From a virus: a stretch of DNA of 39,912 nucleotides. Numbering within the stretch: position 1 is the stretch's first letter; every line of letters starts with the position of its first letter. Below, in pieces: positions 32,069 through 39,912 of the stretch. The notes under the pieces were generated by a model. It did no database searches, was not told where the DNA came from, and saw only the letters and a program-made list of their open reading frames with translations. A program made the position numbers and the translations under genes. The DNA lies in the IMG/VR virus record IMGVR_UViG_3300045988_152201; one strand, 5' to 3'.

Positions 32069-33312
32069 GCCAAAGCGTCTTTGATTACCGCAAATGCCTC
32101 TTTGCGTCTTACAAACACGTCGTGGTAGGCATTGAGGGTCACTTCGTAAGCACCTTTTTTCTTCAGCGTGTACGGATCCACGACAATGTCCAGGCCTCCC
32201 CAAGTCATGATCCACAACTTGGACCAATCGCCAAACAATACTGCGGAGCATTTTTCGCCCGACGAACCTTTTACAAGGTTGGATGGTACTAAATTGCTCA
32301 TAAATGCCCTGTACCCGTTTATCTCGTTGTTGTCCCAAATATACCCGGCTACTCCTGCGGACTTAAGGGTTCGCTTTAAAAATCCCCTTGCCTTTGCGTT
32401 TGTGATGTACGCCATGCTGCTCGTGTCCGCATCCACCGCAGCTATCTCGGTCTCGAGGTTGACCATCGCATCCCAGCTAAGTTCAGCCCCGTTTGTCGCA
32501 AGCTCAAGCGTCTTGATACCTTCCGTTTGCATCAATCCGGTCGGGCTTGTTGCGCCTGACCCGTTGATGGCGGCTTGCTCGACCGCAACGGCATGCGCTG
32601 CGTAAAAATCGTTAAGGATGATATTGTCCACATCAAAAGAGCTTTGGATAGCAAGCTGCTTGGAGATTGGCACGCTGATGGCGCAACGTTTCGGCTTCGC
32701 CGTGCGTGAGCTAAACTGCTTGACGGTATCGGCTACCTCGTCGTTTTCGCCCTCCCACTGCACGGATATCTTAGCACCGTCAATCAGCTCGATGTTGCCT
32801 GTCAAGCCGCCAACGTAGGTCGCTCCCGCTTGAGCCAAGACAAGGCGGCTGCGTAAAGCCTCTTGATACTGTTTGCTTGTGCCTATCAACAGGCCTCCCT
32901 CTTCCGGTGTGCCTGCCGTTTGCAAAGTGCCTCGTGCGTTAAGGATAGAGGTCGGTATGCTTGCACCTAACAATTTGATGTTGTTTCGTGCCGCTTCCTC
33001 TTGACCCATCTGTGCGACTTCCGCTTCTACCCCGGTCAATCCTCTACCCTCGCCCAGCTCCGCAATAAATTTGGCAAACGAAAAACGCTTTGCAATACCG
33101 TTCAATCCACGGTCTTGCTGCTCCGTTTGCGCTTGTGCGGCTGCCCTGTCGGCTGCCTCGGCTAAGTTGATTTCGTTTAATTCTCCCGTCAAACGCTCCA
33201 CCAATTCGGATGCAGCCCTTAGCTCTTCTGCCGTTGATTTTTGACGATCCATCGAACGCAAAGCTTCCACCGCTGCGTTCAGCTCCCTCATTACCTCCTT
33301 TTTCTCTCTCAT
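32065..33312 (-). CDS. Major capsid protein, HK97 family
   Basis: About 415 aa from MREKKEVMRELNAAVEAL…; the track frame extends to 33372 and would overlap the protease gene. It has an N-terminal coiled-coil delta-like region and follows the prohead protease. Confidence 0.88.
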   Translation of the reverse strand: MREKKEVMRELNAAVEALRSMDRQKSTAEELRAASELVERLTGELNEINLAEAADRAAAQAQTEQQDRGLNGIAKRFSFAKFIAELGEGRGLTGVEAEVAQMGQEEAARNNIKLLGASIPTSILNARGTLQTAGTPEEGGLLIGTSKQYQEALRSRLVLAQAGATYVGGLTGNIELIDGAKISVQWEGENDEVADTVKQFSSRTAKPKRCAISVPISKQLAIQSSFDVDNIILNDFYAAHAVAVEQAAINGSGATSPTGLMQTEGIKTLELATNGAELSWDAMVNLETEIAAVDADTSSMAYITNAKARGFLKRTLKSAGVAGYIWDNNEINGYRAFMSNLVPSNLVKGSSGEKCSAVLFGDWSKLWIMTWGGLDIVVDPYTLKKKGAYEVTLNAYHDVFVRRKEAFAVIKDALA

Positions 33313-33323
33313 AATACTGATTA

Positions 33324-33959
33324 TTAATAATTGATTTTGTTTACTGATAATACACTCTCCCCTATTGCGCATACGGCTCTGACCGACTCGTCCAGCATCT
33401 CGTCAGCCTTTTCTTCTCCTTTGTCCTCGGGGTCAAAGCTCCTAACCTCCGCATATCTATAATTGTTCTCGGGTTCTTCATCCTCCTCTTCGCCAGCCCG
33501 CTCGCTGCGTACCTTGGCATTCGGATTCGCCGGGAATGGAGTCACCGATATCTCTATGAGCTCGCATTTATGGTAATAATAGGTCGGGTTTTTCCCGTCA
33601 ATGGATTCTTCTCCTTCTCCGAACTTTCCTTTTCCGTCGCTCCTGAATCCAACAGAACATCCTTTAATCGTGCCGGCTAACAGTTTCTGAAATACTTTTT
33701 CCGCTTTCGGGTTCAATTCCTCCGCCTCAAATGTGATTTCGCCCAACAGCTGTTTCCCCTCGACCCATGCCCTTGCGCTCCCGATTACGTTGTCGGGGTC
33801 GTTACCGTAGCTTGCATGGTTGTACAAGGCTATGCCTATTTTGTTAAACCGGCTTAAATCCCAGCTTTTGGCAGGTATGACCGTCCCGTACGAGTCCCTT
33901 GTCTCATCGCTAAAGACAAAGGGTATCGTCCTTGTTTTGATTGCTTCACTCTTCTTCAT
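33324..33959 (-). CDS. Prohead protease, HK97 family
   Basis: 211 aa with the motifs LYNHASYG, GCSVGF and ELIEISVTPFPANPNA, placed between the portal and capsid genes. Confidence 0.85.
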   Translation of the reverse strand: MKKSEAIKTRTIPFVFSDETRDSYGTVIPAKSWDLSRFNKIGIALYNHASYGNDPDNVIGSARAWVEGKQLLGEITFEAEELNPKAEKVFQKLLAGTIKGCSVGFRSDGKGKFGEGEESIDGKNPTYYYHKCELIEISVTPFPANPNAKVRSERAGEEEDEEPENNYRYAEVRSFDPEDKGEEKADEMLDESVRAVCAIGESVLSVNKINY

Positions 33960-35211
33960 TTTTATCGTTTATTTTGTTTTCATTCCCCGGGTATAGCATC
34001 TCGTCCAATCCTGCAACCGGGTTCAAGTATTCCATTTGCCGGACTTCGTTCCGGTTCATCCACCCGCTCAACACTGCCTTTTGGTAATACTCAGCCCTTG
34101 CGGACATGTCGCCCCTTAATAATCCGTCAAGGTTAAATTTGCTTTCTATTTTATTTCTTTCGTCCTCAAAAAGGAGCTTTCGGTCTATCTCTTGCTCATA
34201 CATCTTGACGGTCGGTCGGACGTAATGCTTGACAAATTCAATGTCTTGGTGCTCGATGTTGGAAAAAGTAGACCGTGAGAGGTCGCCAAGCAAATGCGGC
34301 GGGACCATGAAAATACGTGCCACGTCCTGTATGGACAACGTTTTGCTCTCGATCATCTGGGATGAGTCCGGCTGCGCCGTGATATTTTTCCATTTAAACC
34401 CATGTGTCAACAGCGGATTCCCGTACTTTTTGGATTCCTCGAAGTTGTCCAAAAATTTCTTTGCGTTGTCTTTGTTAATGCGCTCTTCCGTCTCGATGAC
34501 AGCCCGGATGTTTCCTTTGTTTTCAAAATACTCGTTCCCAAATTCCTGCGCCCCGATGCCTGACGCTATCGCCCCCGCATTGTATTCGATTGGATTTACT
34601 CCTTTTATCCCGTCAATGGAGTAAAAATAAAAGTGCATCATGTCCTCATCCGAATAAATGCCGTCATAGTATTTTGTGCCATACACGTTGTAGTACTTTT
34701 TCCCGGCTTGGACGGAAATCATCACCTGCGTAGGGTGGATAGGTATCAAAGCTTTTGGGGTTGCCGATACCTCCCGCTTGATGAGTACAAACGAGTTGCC
34801 CCAGCCGTCTACGCAGGTATTGATGAAATTCCAGAAAACAAATGGATTTTGAAATGGATTCGGTTTGTTTTTTAATAATTTATAAACAGGGTGGTCTTTC
34901 GCCGTCTCACGCCTGTTGTCGGATATGCTATACAATGTTTTGGGCAAACTTGCGATGGCATTGCTCCTTAGGCGGATAGCCGCATACACCGCCGAAAATC
35001 TCATAGCCCTCTCTGTAGTCATGCCAAAAGCCAAGCCGTTTGCGCTCATAGAATTGAACGTATATCCTGATGATGGGAAGCTGTCGTTCCTTTTTTCTCC
35101 TTTCATAAAGGTTCGGATGTTGGCAATGGTCTCTTTGATTTTAAACATATTGTCTCCCTTTTGCGGCAAATATAAAATAATTTTTTGTATTTTCATCGCA
35201 TTAACACTCAT
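33946..35211 (-). CDS. Portal protein, HK97 family
   Basis: 421 aa, with a possible internal start at MFKIKETIANI…. The position and length are typical of a portal, and it lies upstream of the protease. Confidence 0.85.
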   Translation of the reverse strand: MSVNAMKIQKIILYLPQKGDNMFKIKETIANIRTFMKGEKRNDSFPSSGYTFNSMSANGLAFGMTTERAMRFSAVYAAIRLRSNAIASLPKTLYSISDNRRETAKDHPVYKLLKNKPNPFQNPFVFWNFINTCVDGWGNSFVLIKREVSATPKALIPIHPTQVMISVQAGKKYYNVYGTKYYDGIYSDEDMMHFYFYSIDGIKGVNPIEYNAGAIASGIGAQEFGNEYFENKGNIRAVIETEERINKDNAKKFLDNFEESKKYGNPLLTHGFKWKNITAQPDSSQMIESKTLSIQDVARIFMVPPHLLGDLSRSTFSNIEHQDIEFVKHYVRPTVKMYEQEIDRKLLFEDERNKIESKFNLDGLLRGDMSARAEYYQKAVLSGWMNRNEVRQMEYLNPVAGLDEMLYPGNENKINDKNEEE

Positions 35212-35342
35212 TAACCTCTAATCTTGGATGCGCACAACACAGATGGCGGAGGCTTTGTCCAAATCCGGCTACATGCCCGGTCAAAGGCTATTGACACCTA
35301 AACATGTAGCCGTTATTGTCGCACATATAGGAGAGCCGTAGG

Positions 35343-36464
35343 TTACTCCACCTTACCTCCATTACCGGCATACCACTCGTATACATACAAAAATTGCACG
35401 GGGCTGTCTATCCTGCCCGTCTCCTTGTACTCGTAATTGTCGAGCCACTCACGCACCTTGTCGAGCGGGTATTTGGAGGTGTCACCGTACAAAAAGGCGA
35501 CTTCCGGCTCAAAGAGGTTGCCTTTGTTTATCTCCTCGACAAACCTCTCCGTCAGCCTCTTTTTGTAATTTCCAGCCCAAACCTCGGGGGCGACCGCACC
35601 GTAGCAGTAAATGGCGTGCCGTTTAAAATTCCGTCCGAACAGCTTGTAAACAGGCTCTAAAATTCGGTCGATAACAAAGGTTTCCAGCTTAAAAACAGCC
35701 TTTCGCCAATGCCACGTCCTGTCGCCGTTGAACCTGTCCAGTGCCGCCAAAGTGCCGCCGCTGTAATACCAGTTGTCCGCACCACGTTTCACTTTAAAAT
35801 TCTCCTTGTATGCCTTCTCCCTGTCCTCCTTACGTTTGTCGTACGGCATATTGAGCGGGGGGCAGTACTTGTGGAAATGGACAATCCTGCCCATCCAAGG
35901 GTTGTAGATGACATACTTGTTGTCCACGATCCATTGCAGCACGTTCGCTATCCACCCTTTCGCCTCGTACCCGTGCGTGTATGCGTGGTAGAGGGTGGGC
36001 AGCAAGTTCCAAACTTGGTCTTGGCTCACAAACGGGCTGTGGCACGGGTCCTCGCCCTCCTCTTGGTTAAGCATCAAGTAGTTGCTTACCATTTTATCCA
36101 ACCCCAGCTGCTCCCGTGTGTCGTGGTTTATGTCATCACGCACAAAAAACGGATTGCCCTCAAATCCAAGACGGGACAAGATGCCGGGGAACTTGTCGGC
36201 GTAATAAGCCCAAGCGGTGTCGGACAGCCTGCCGAGCGAAATCAGCACGTCCAGCACTTCCACCGGGCTTTTGCGCCCGTTCTTCCTCCGCAGTTGCAGC
36301 AGCGTCAACAGCTCCGCCATGTTGATAGTGCCGTCCCCTGCATACCCCTTATTGTCGCTGATATACTCCAGCGGCACGCAATAGCCGCTGACCACCGGGT
36401 TCGTATTGACAAATTTAGTCCAATACAAATCCCATAATTTTGCATGTTTCTCTTTTAAATCCAT
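35343..36464 (-). CDS. Hypothetical protein (373 aa)
   Basis: Long, clean ORF that is W/Y-rich and globular, with no motif I recognise. It is the last gene of the accessory block before the portal. Confidence 0.65.
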   Translation of the reverse strand: MDLKEKHAKLWDLYWTKFVNTNPVVSGYCVPLEYISDNKGYAGDGTINMAELLTLLQLRRKNGRKSPVEVLDVLISLGRLSDTAWAYYADKFPGILSRLGFEGNPFFVRDDINHDTREQLGLDKMVSNYLMLNQEEGEDPCHSPFVSQDQVWNLLPTLYHAYTHGYEAKGWIANVLQWIVDNKYVIYNPWMGRIVHFHKYCPPLNMPYDKRKEDREKAYKENFKVKRGADNWYYSGGTLAALDRFNGDRTWHWRKAVFKLETFVIDRILEPVYKLFGRNFKRHAIYCYGAVAPEVWAGNYKKRLTERFVEEINKGNLFEPEVAFLYGDTSKYPLDKVREWLDNYEYKETGRIDSPVQFLYVYEWYAGNGGKVE

Positions 36465-36536
36465 ATTGATAAAATTTAAATCAATCCCATATAAGGGTCA
36501 ATTCATGATAAGCTTCTTTGTTTTTGTAATGTGTAT

Positions 36537-36758
36537 CTAAAGACACACAAAAGCCTTTTTCCTTGAAAAAATAGGAGATTTTTTCGCAGTCGTATATTCC
36601 TCTTTTTCGAATATACGATGACAGACATGCTCCCCTAATCTCGCTTTTTCTGACATATAATTAAGTATTTCCCAAATAAGTCCTTTGTGGGTTTCCTCAA
36701 TTGCTTTCAATGTCATCTTTATCAATTGCCCTTTTATGTCTTCACCTATCTTCATCAT
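36537..36758 (-). CDS. Hypothetical protein
   Basis: 73-aa ORF in the operon context. Confidence 0.45.
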   Translation of the reverse strand: MMKIGEDIKGQLIKMTLKAIEETHKGLIWEILNYMSEKARLGEHVCHRIFEKEEYTTAKKSPIFSRKKAFVCL

Positions 36759-36775
36759 AAGCTATTATATCTAAT

Positions 36776-37186
36776 CTACCGGGCTTTTGCCCCCGTTCTT
36801 TCTCCGCAATCATAATTCCAAAACGATAACTTTCCCTTCACCCCTGTAATCGGTTCGGGGAACATGACCGGGTTAGCCAGTACCCAGTTCCAAGCACCTT
36901 TTTCTGCCCAAATTGACGGGTGGTTTTGGACACAGTCAACTATCTCAACGCTGCCGATGATTGCGCCAAATGGGAGTTCATTAAATATCGCTCCCATCAT
37001 CTTTGTGTTTGCCGCAACATCGATTTGTCTTTGGTTCATTTCACGCCACCCGTTCTTCGATACAGTTTCCCCTGCATGGATAAGGACACGCCCCCGGAAG
37101 TTCGTTTTCCAAGACCTGTTTTCTATGTCTTTCAGCCCGGACACAATAAGGCTTGCCCAAGGCTGTTTAATCGTTATTGCTTTCAT
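36776..37186 (-). CDS. ASCH (PUA-like) domain protein
   Basis: 136 aa. MKAITIKQPWASLIVSGLKDIENRSWKTNFRGRVLIHAG is the classic ASCH N-terminal pattern. Confidence 0.75.
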   Translation of the reverse strand: MKAITIKQPWASLIVSGLKDIENRSWKTNFRGRVLIHAGETVSKNGWREMNQRQIDVAANTKMMGAIFNELPFGAIIGSVEIVDCVQNHPSIWAEKGAWNWVLANPVMFPEPITGVKGKLSFWNYDCGERTGAKAR

Positions 37187-37190
37187 GTAT

Positions 37191-37526
37191 TCAATCCTCC
37201 GTATTCGGTAACAAATCTTCCATGTATGCCCAGCGGACGACGTTAAGCCCTTTACAACACCGTTCCCACCTGTCGGCTTCTACCTTCATAATGAAGGTGT
37301 CAAAACAATCGTTTCCGATTTGCGCTAAAACCCACGCATTGGACTGTGGTAGTTCTTCCGCCTTATGCCACGCATGGTTAATGCGGTAGTTCGCACCAGC
37401 TTTGAAAGCATCTGCAAAGCATTTCATCATTTCTTCTATGTCACTTTCATAGGAAATTTCACCGGGATACCGCATATTTTCATTGGCATAGTCATTTGCC
37501 TCCTGTTCAATACCTTCTTGTTTCAT
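37191..37526 (-). CDS. Hypothetical protein, DUF551-like C-terminus
   Basis: About 111 aa from MKQEGIEQEAN…; the track frame extends to 37580 and overlaps the upstream gene. WHKAEELPQSNAWVLAQIGND resembles the DUF551 W-x(4)-LP pattern. Confidence 0.5.
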   Translation of the reverse strand: MKQEGIEQEANDYANENMRYPGEISYESDIEEMMKCFADAFKAGANYRINHAWHKAEELPQSNAWVLAQIGNDCFDTFIMKVEADRWERCCKGLNVVRWAYMEDLLPNTED

Positions 37527-37548
37527 TCTTCGACTCCTTTCGGTTTGT

Positions 37549-38646
37549 TTATAAATCCACTCTTGTTTCCACAAACACACCGCCCTTCAGCTCATACCAT
37601 GTGTCCTCCTTGATTTTAACCCCGTCCACCTGCTCGGTCTTGACGCAAACAGGCACATATCTTCCATTTTCTATCTCCCATTCGCTCAATGTTATCCACG
37701 ACCCTTTCTTGGCTTTCGCTTTGCTTTTGATTCCGGCACACATTATCACGGCATAATCTCCCGAAGAGCCGATTTGGGCAGAATTGCCCGAAGAGCCGAT
37801 TTGGGCAGAATTGCCTGAAGAGCCGATTTGGGCAGAATCTCCCGAAGAGCCGATTTGGGCAGAATCGCCCGAAGAGCAGATTTTGGCAGAATAGCCCGAA
37901 GAGCTGATTTTGGCAGAATTGCCCGAAGAGCCGATTTTGGCAGAATAGCCCGAAGAGCTGATTTTGGTGGAATCGCCCGAAGAGCAGATTTTGGCATAAT
38001 CTCCCGAAGAGCCGATTTTGGCATAATAGCCCGAAGAGCCGATTTTGGCATAATAGCCCGAAGAGCAGATTTTGGCATAATCTCCCGAAGAGCCGATTTG
38101 GGCATAATAGCCCGAAGAGCTGATTTTGGCAGAATTGCCCGAAGAGCCGATTTTGGTGGAATCGCCCGAAGAGCTGATTTTGGCAGAATAGCCCGAAGAG
38201 CCGATTTGGGCAGAATCGCCCGAAGAGCAGATTTTGGCAGAATAGCCCGAAGAACCGATTTTGGTGGAATCGCCCGAAGAGCAGATTTTGGCAGAATTGT
38301 CTCCAACCTTTGCAAGGTCATTCATCTTTGCAACGCAAAGACCAATGTAATCAGATAGCGTCAGCTCCTTCTTTATCTTGATTTCTGACGAGCATATTTT
38401 AGAGCTACCGTCTTCCTTGTCAATCACCCCGCCCAGTTCGACTTCCGCAAACCGTGAGTTGTAGACAGGATAGTAATCCCATACTTCCAAAGGGTTCGTG
38501 CAGGCGTGGAATCCAGACCTGCATACCTTGACCGGCTTCCCCGATTTGTATTCCTTGCCGACCTCATATTGGAATCCCCTGCACTGGAAATTCTTGTCGA
38601 AGCCCTTATAGGCTGTAATCTTCTGTCCTGCTTCTTTCTGTTCCAT
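37549..38646 (-). CDS. Nonapeptide-repeat protein (N-terminal YKGF…CRGFQYEVG domain plus 21 x 9-aa repeats)
   Basis: 365 aa. Residues 114-302 are 21 consecutive units of SSG[DYN][SY]A[KQ]I[GCS]. The N-terminal domain AYKGFDKNFQCRGFQYEVGKEY…SGFHACTNPLEVWDYY recalls an uncharacterised family seen in many prophages. Confidence 0.7.
   Translation of the reverse strand: MEQKEAGQKITAYKGFDKNFQCRGFQYEVGKEYKSGKPVKVCRSGFHACTNPLEVWDYYPVYNSRFAEVELGGVIDKEDGSSKICSSEIKIKKELTLSDYIGLCVAKMNDLAKVGDNSAKICSSGDSTKIGSSGYSAKICSSGDSAQIGSSGYSAKISSSGDSTKIGSSGNSAKISSSGYYAQIGSSGDYAKICSSGYYAKIGSSGYYAKIGSSGDYAKICSSGDSTKISSSGYSAKIGSSGNSAKISSSGYSAKICSSGDSAQIGSSGDSAQIGSSGNSAQIGSSGNSAQIGSSGDYAVIMCAGIKSKAKAKKGSWITLSEWEIENGRYVPVCVKTEQVDGVKIKEDTWYELKGGVFVETRVDL
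37741..38307. repeat. 27-bp tandem repeat array (21 units), coding
   Basis: The 567-bp array has a strict 27-nt period (cccgaagagc[ct]gatttt?ggc[ag][ag]aat[actg]…). All frames on both strands stay open across it. Confidence 0.9.
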
Positions 38647-38788
38647 ATCCGCATTCCTTTAATTCGTTTTCCAACTGCGCCAATTCCCGTTTCAGCCTTG
38701 CGGCCACGAAATGGCATTTGATCCTCTCGTTGCGCTCAATCCTAAGCTTGAGCATCCTTATTTCCGCTTCCATTTCTTCCATGTCCAT
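38606..38788 (-). CDS. Small coiled-coil protein
   Basis: 60 aa, MDMEEMEAEIRMLKLRIERNERIK…. Its 3' end overlaps the start of the repeat-protein gene. Confidence 0.45.
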   Translation of the reverse strand: MDMEEMEAEIRMLKLRIERNERIKCHFVAARLKRELAQLENELKECGYGTERSRTEDYSL

Positions 38789-38789
38789 G

Positions 38790-39470
38790 TTATTCCTGAT
38801 AAGCTATTTTTTCAACTTCTTCTATTTCCTTTTCCGCTTTTTCAATCGCACCGCCGAACACGCCGCCGGCGAAAAGGGCGTTGGTGAAGCAGGAGAAAGC
38901 GTCAACCACCCGCTTCGACTTGTTCAGGTTCACGGCCTCACGGTTGTCCGCCAGGAGGTTGGCCAGCTTTTGTGTCTTGTACCTTATCGGCTCTTGCCTC
39001 ATGTACTCCAACGGGTTGTTCTTAACCCTCCAAGGGGTCAATGCCATCCGCCTGAAATCGTCGATGACGTATGACAGCACCTGCGCAAGCATGTTGACCA
39101 CGCTCGCTTGTGATGCATGCTCGTTCGCCTCTCCACCCACCCCGGCATCCAACAGGGCCTGCTGCACCGCATACTTGTAGACCGTTATGTGTTTCTCCAT
39201 GCTGCCGCTCACGTTCCCGTTGACCTCGGACAAGAACAGTGCGCTCTTTCCCAAGATGGAGAAGCTCTCGTTGCACGCCACGCTCGCCTCGTTGTATATC
39301 TCGTTCACCGTCTTCTTAACGGCATGACGGTAGTATTTCGATTTCCTGACCCCGTAATACAGGTCGGTCGAGTGGCTGTATACACGGTCATGCAGCCACA
39401 GGACGATGTAGGTAAAAGCCGTCACTTTCCCATTTGTCTTTTTGTCGAGTGCGCCCCAGTTGTCAATCAT
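38790..39470 (-). CDS. Hypothetical protein
   Basis: About 226 aa from MIDNWGALDKK…, with an ATGATTGA overlap onto the upstream stop. The track frame extends to 39524. Confidence 0.6.
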   Translation of the reverse strand: MIDNWGALDKKTNGKVTAFTYIVLWLHDRVYSHSTDLYYGVRKSKYYRHAVKKTVNEIYNEASVACNESFSILGKSALFLSEVNGNVSGSMEKHITVYKYAVQQALLDAGVGGEANEHASQASVVNMLAQVLSYVIDDFRRMALTPWRVKNNPLEYMRQEPIRYKTQKLANLLADNREAVNLNKSKRVVDAFSCFTNALFAGGVFGGAIEKAEKEIEEVEKIAYQE

Positions 39471-39711
39471 GATCCGGTAAAAAATCAATAGTGATATGCG
39501 CCTTGAGCTTGCCTGTGGCATCACAAAACTCGCATGGTTTGTTCTTCCTCGATTCGCAGCGGAATCCTTTACCGTGACAGTGTGGGCAAGTAAAACCCCT
39601 GTATAAAAATTCCTCCCTTGCAGGCGTGTCTTTGTCTACCTGCACCTCGATTATGTTCCTGTATTTGCTCATTTCTTTTAGTTGTTTATATTGGTATGTA
39701 AATTTTTTCAA
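39463..39711 (-). CDS. Small zinc-finger protein (DnaJ-type CxxCxGxG)
   Basis: 82 aa with CPHCHGKG … CEFCDATG. Confidence 0.6.
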   Translation of the reverse strand: MKKFTYQYKQLKEMSKYRNIIEVQVDKDTPAREEFLYRGFTCPHCHGKGFRCESRKNKPCEFCDATGKLKAHITIDFLPDHD

Positions 39712-39813
39712 TTACTACTTTTGAGTTGCATGCGGACGACATGGTACATCTCTTAAGTTTTTGCCATACAATCCTAAACCTATCATTTGGCATGTTATAC
39801 TCCGATATAAATA

Positions 39814-39912
39814 TATGCCCTTTGTGGAGCATGCACCAATCATAAAACTCATCATGATTAAACGGATATTTATATTTAGCCGTATTTATATACGGGATAT
39901 CACAGTATATTA
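39814..39912. repeat. Right copy of the 99-bp terminal inverted repeat
   Basis: Exact reverse complement of 1..99. It lies in an apparently non-coding AT-rich leader upstream of the 39711 operon. Confidence 0.95.

Noticed and set aside
31778-32338. 186-aa ORF overlapping 270 nt of the major capsid gene
   Set aside because: The upstream two-thirds is an off-frame read of the capsid 3' end. An internal ATG at 32068 gives an ATGA-coupled 96-aa gene, which is annotated instead.
35266-35312. 10-bp inverted repeat CGGCTACATG…CATGTAGCCG with a 27-nt loop in the gap before the portal gene
   Set aside because: It could be a terminator or attenuator. It has no T-run in the transcription direction, a long loop and no second line of evidence, so it is too weak to call.
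1028-36437. Many long plus-strand ORFs (for example 1028..1786, 20083..20745, 26381..27148, 35709..36437) and nested minus-strand ORFs in alternative frames
   Set aside because: Each lies wholly inside a longer minus-strand gene with recognisable family motifs or operon coupling. Their translations are R/P/S/A-rich, as is typical of antisense or off-frame reads of GC-moderate coding DNA.
37741-38307. Regular short repeats that could be mistaken for a CRISPR array
   Set aside because: The units are contiguous 27-bp repeats with no unique spacers. They lie inside a single long ORF encoding a nonapeptide repeat, and no cas genes are present.
770-39711. Possible stop-codon reassignment, given the phage tRNA-like genes
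   Set aside because: Large genes (terL, dnaB, TMP, portal, fibre) are uninterrupted in the standard code. Gene junctions use normal stops, so there is no evidence for recoding.
39716-39855. 46-codon minus-strand ORF (MMSFMIGACSTKGIYLYRSITCQMIGLGLYGKNLRDVPCRPHATQK) starting inside the right repeat
   Set aside because: It is short and Cys/Gly-rich with no motif. Its first 14 codons are duplicated as the start of a plus-strand shadow ORF at the left end, so it is more likely a non-coding leader.
1-39912. Reading the 99-bp terminal inverted repeats as true genome ends (protein-primed or hairpin-telomere phage), or as transposon or IS ends
   Set aside because: No family-B polymerase or terminal protein, no protelomerase-sized enzyme and no DDE transposase is visible. 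The element encodes DnaB plus HNH/TerS/TerL packaging, and the left repeat truncates a methyltransferase ORF. This is kept as a finding about assembly or inversion, not as termini.

Overview
The window looks like one near-complete genome of a temperate, HK97-type siphovirus-like phage. The host is probably a Bacteroidales bacterium, judged from the Arm-domain tyrosine integrase and the TAnnTTTG-type promoter boxes. Almost all genes lie on the minus strand. Read in the minus direction, the modules are as follows.

- 39711->35343: an accessory block with a Zn-finger protein, a 21 x 9-aa repeat protein, a DUF551-like protein, an ASCH-domain protein and a 373-aa unknown.
- 35211->29826: head and neck genes, namely portal, prohead protease, HK97 major capsid, connector/head-closure/gp10-like proteins and the major tail protein.
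- 29822->19953: tail genes, namely G/GT chaperones with an A9 slippery site, tape measure, a 696-aa distal tail protein and several fibre proteins.
- 19945->16922: a canonical diversity-generating retroelement (target gene with C-terminal VR, hairpin, Avd, TR, RT).
- 16925->15360: a lysis cassette.
- 15195->13128 and 12862->11313: two terminator-bounded accessory cassettes.
- 8783-11284 (plus strand): a lysogeny module with an HTH repressor-like protein, a membrane protein, attP-like repeats plus a tRNA 3' fragment, and the integrase.
- 8618->4829: an early/replication operon with HTH proteins, two tRNA-like elements, a replisome organiser carrying an embedded ori-like iteron/AT tract, and DnaB.
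- 4813->770: HNH endonuclease, a second Xer-like recombinase, TerS, a small protein with an SSB-like tail, and TerL.
- 581->1: a Dam-class methyltransferase ORF that runs off the window start.

The two window ends are a perfect 99-bp inverted repeat. This repeat cuts the methyltransferase ORF, so it more likely marks an unresolved inverted repeat or a fold-back assembly junction than true genome termini.

The most notable points are the DGR, including an unusual cluster of non-adenine TR/VR mismatches, and the terminal inverted repeat. Others are the ori-like structure inside the initiator gene, the paired irregular tRNA-like elements and the uncharacterised accessory cassettes.

No searches or computations were run. 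All family assignments come from motif recognition by eye.
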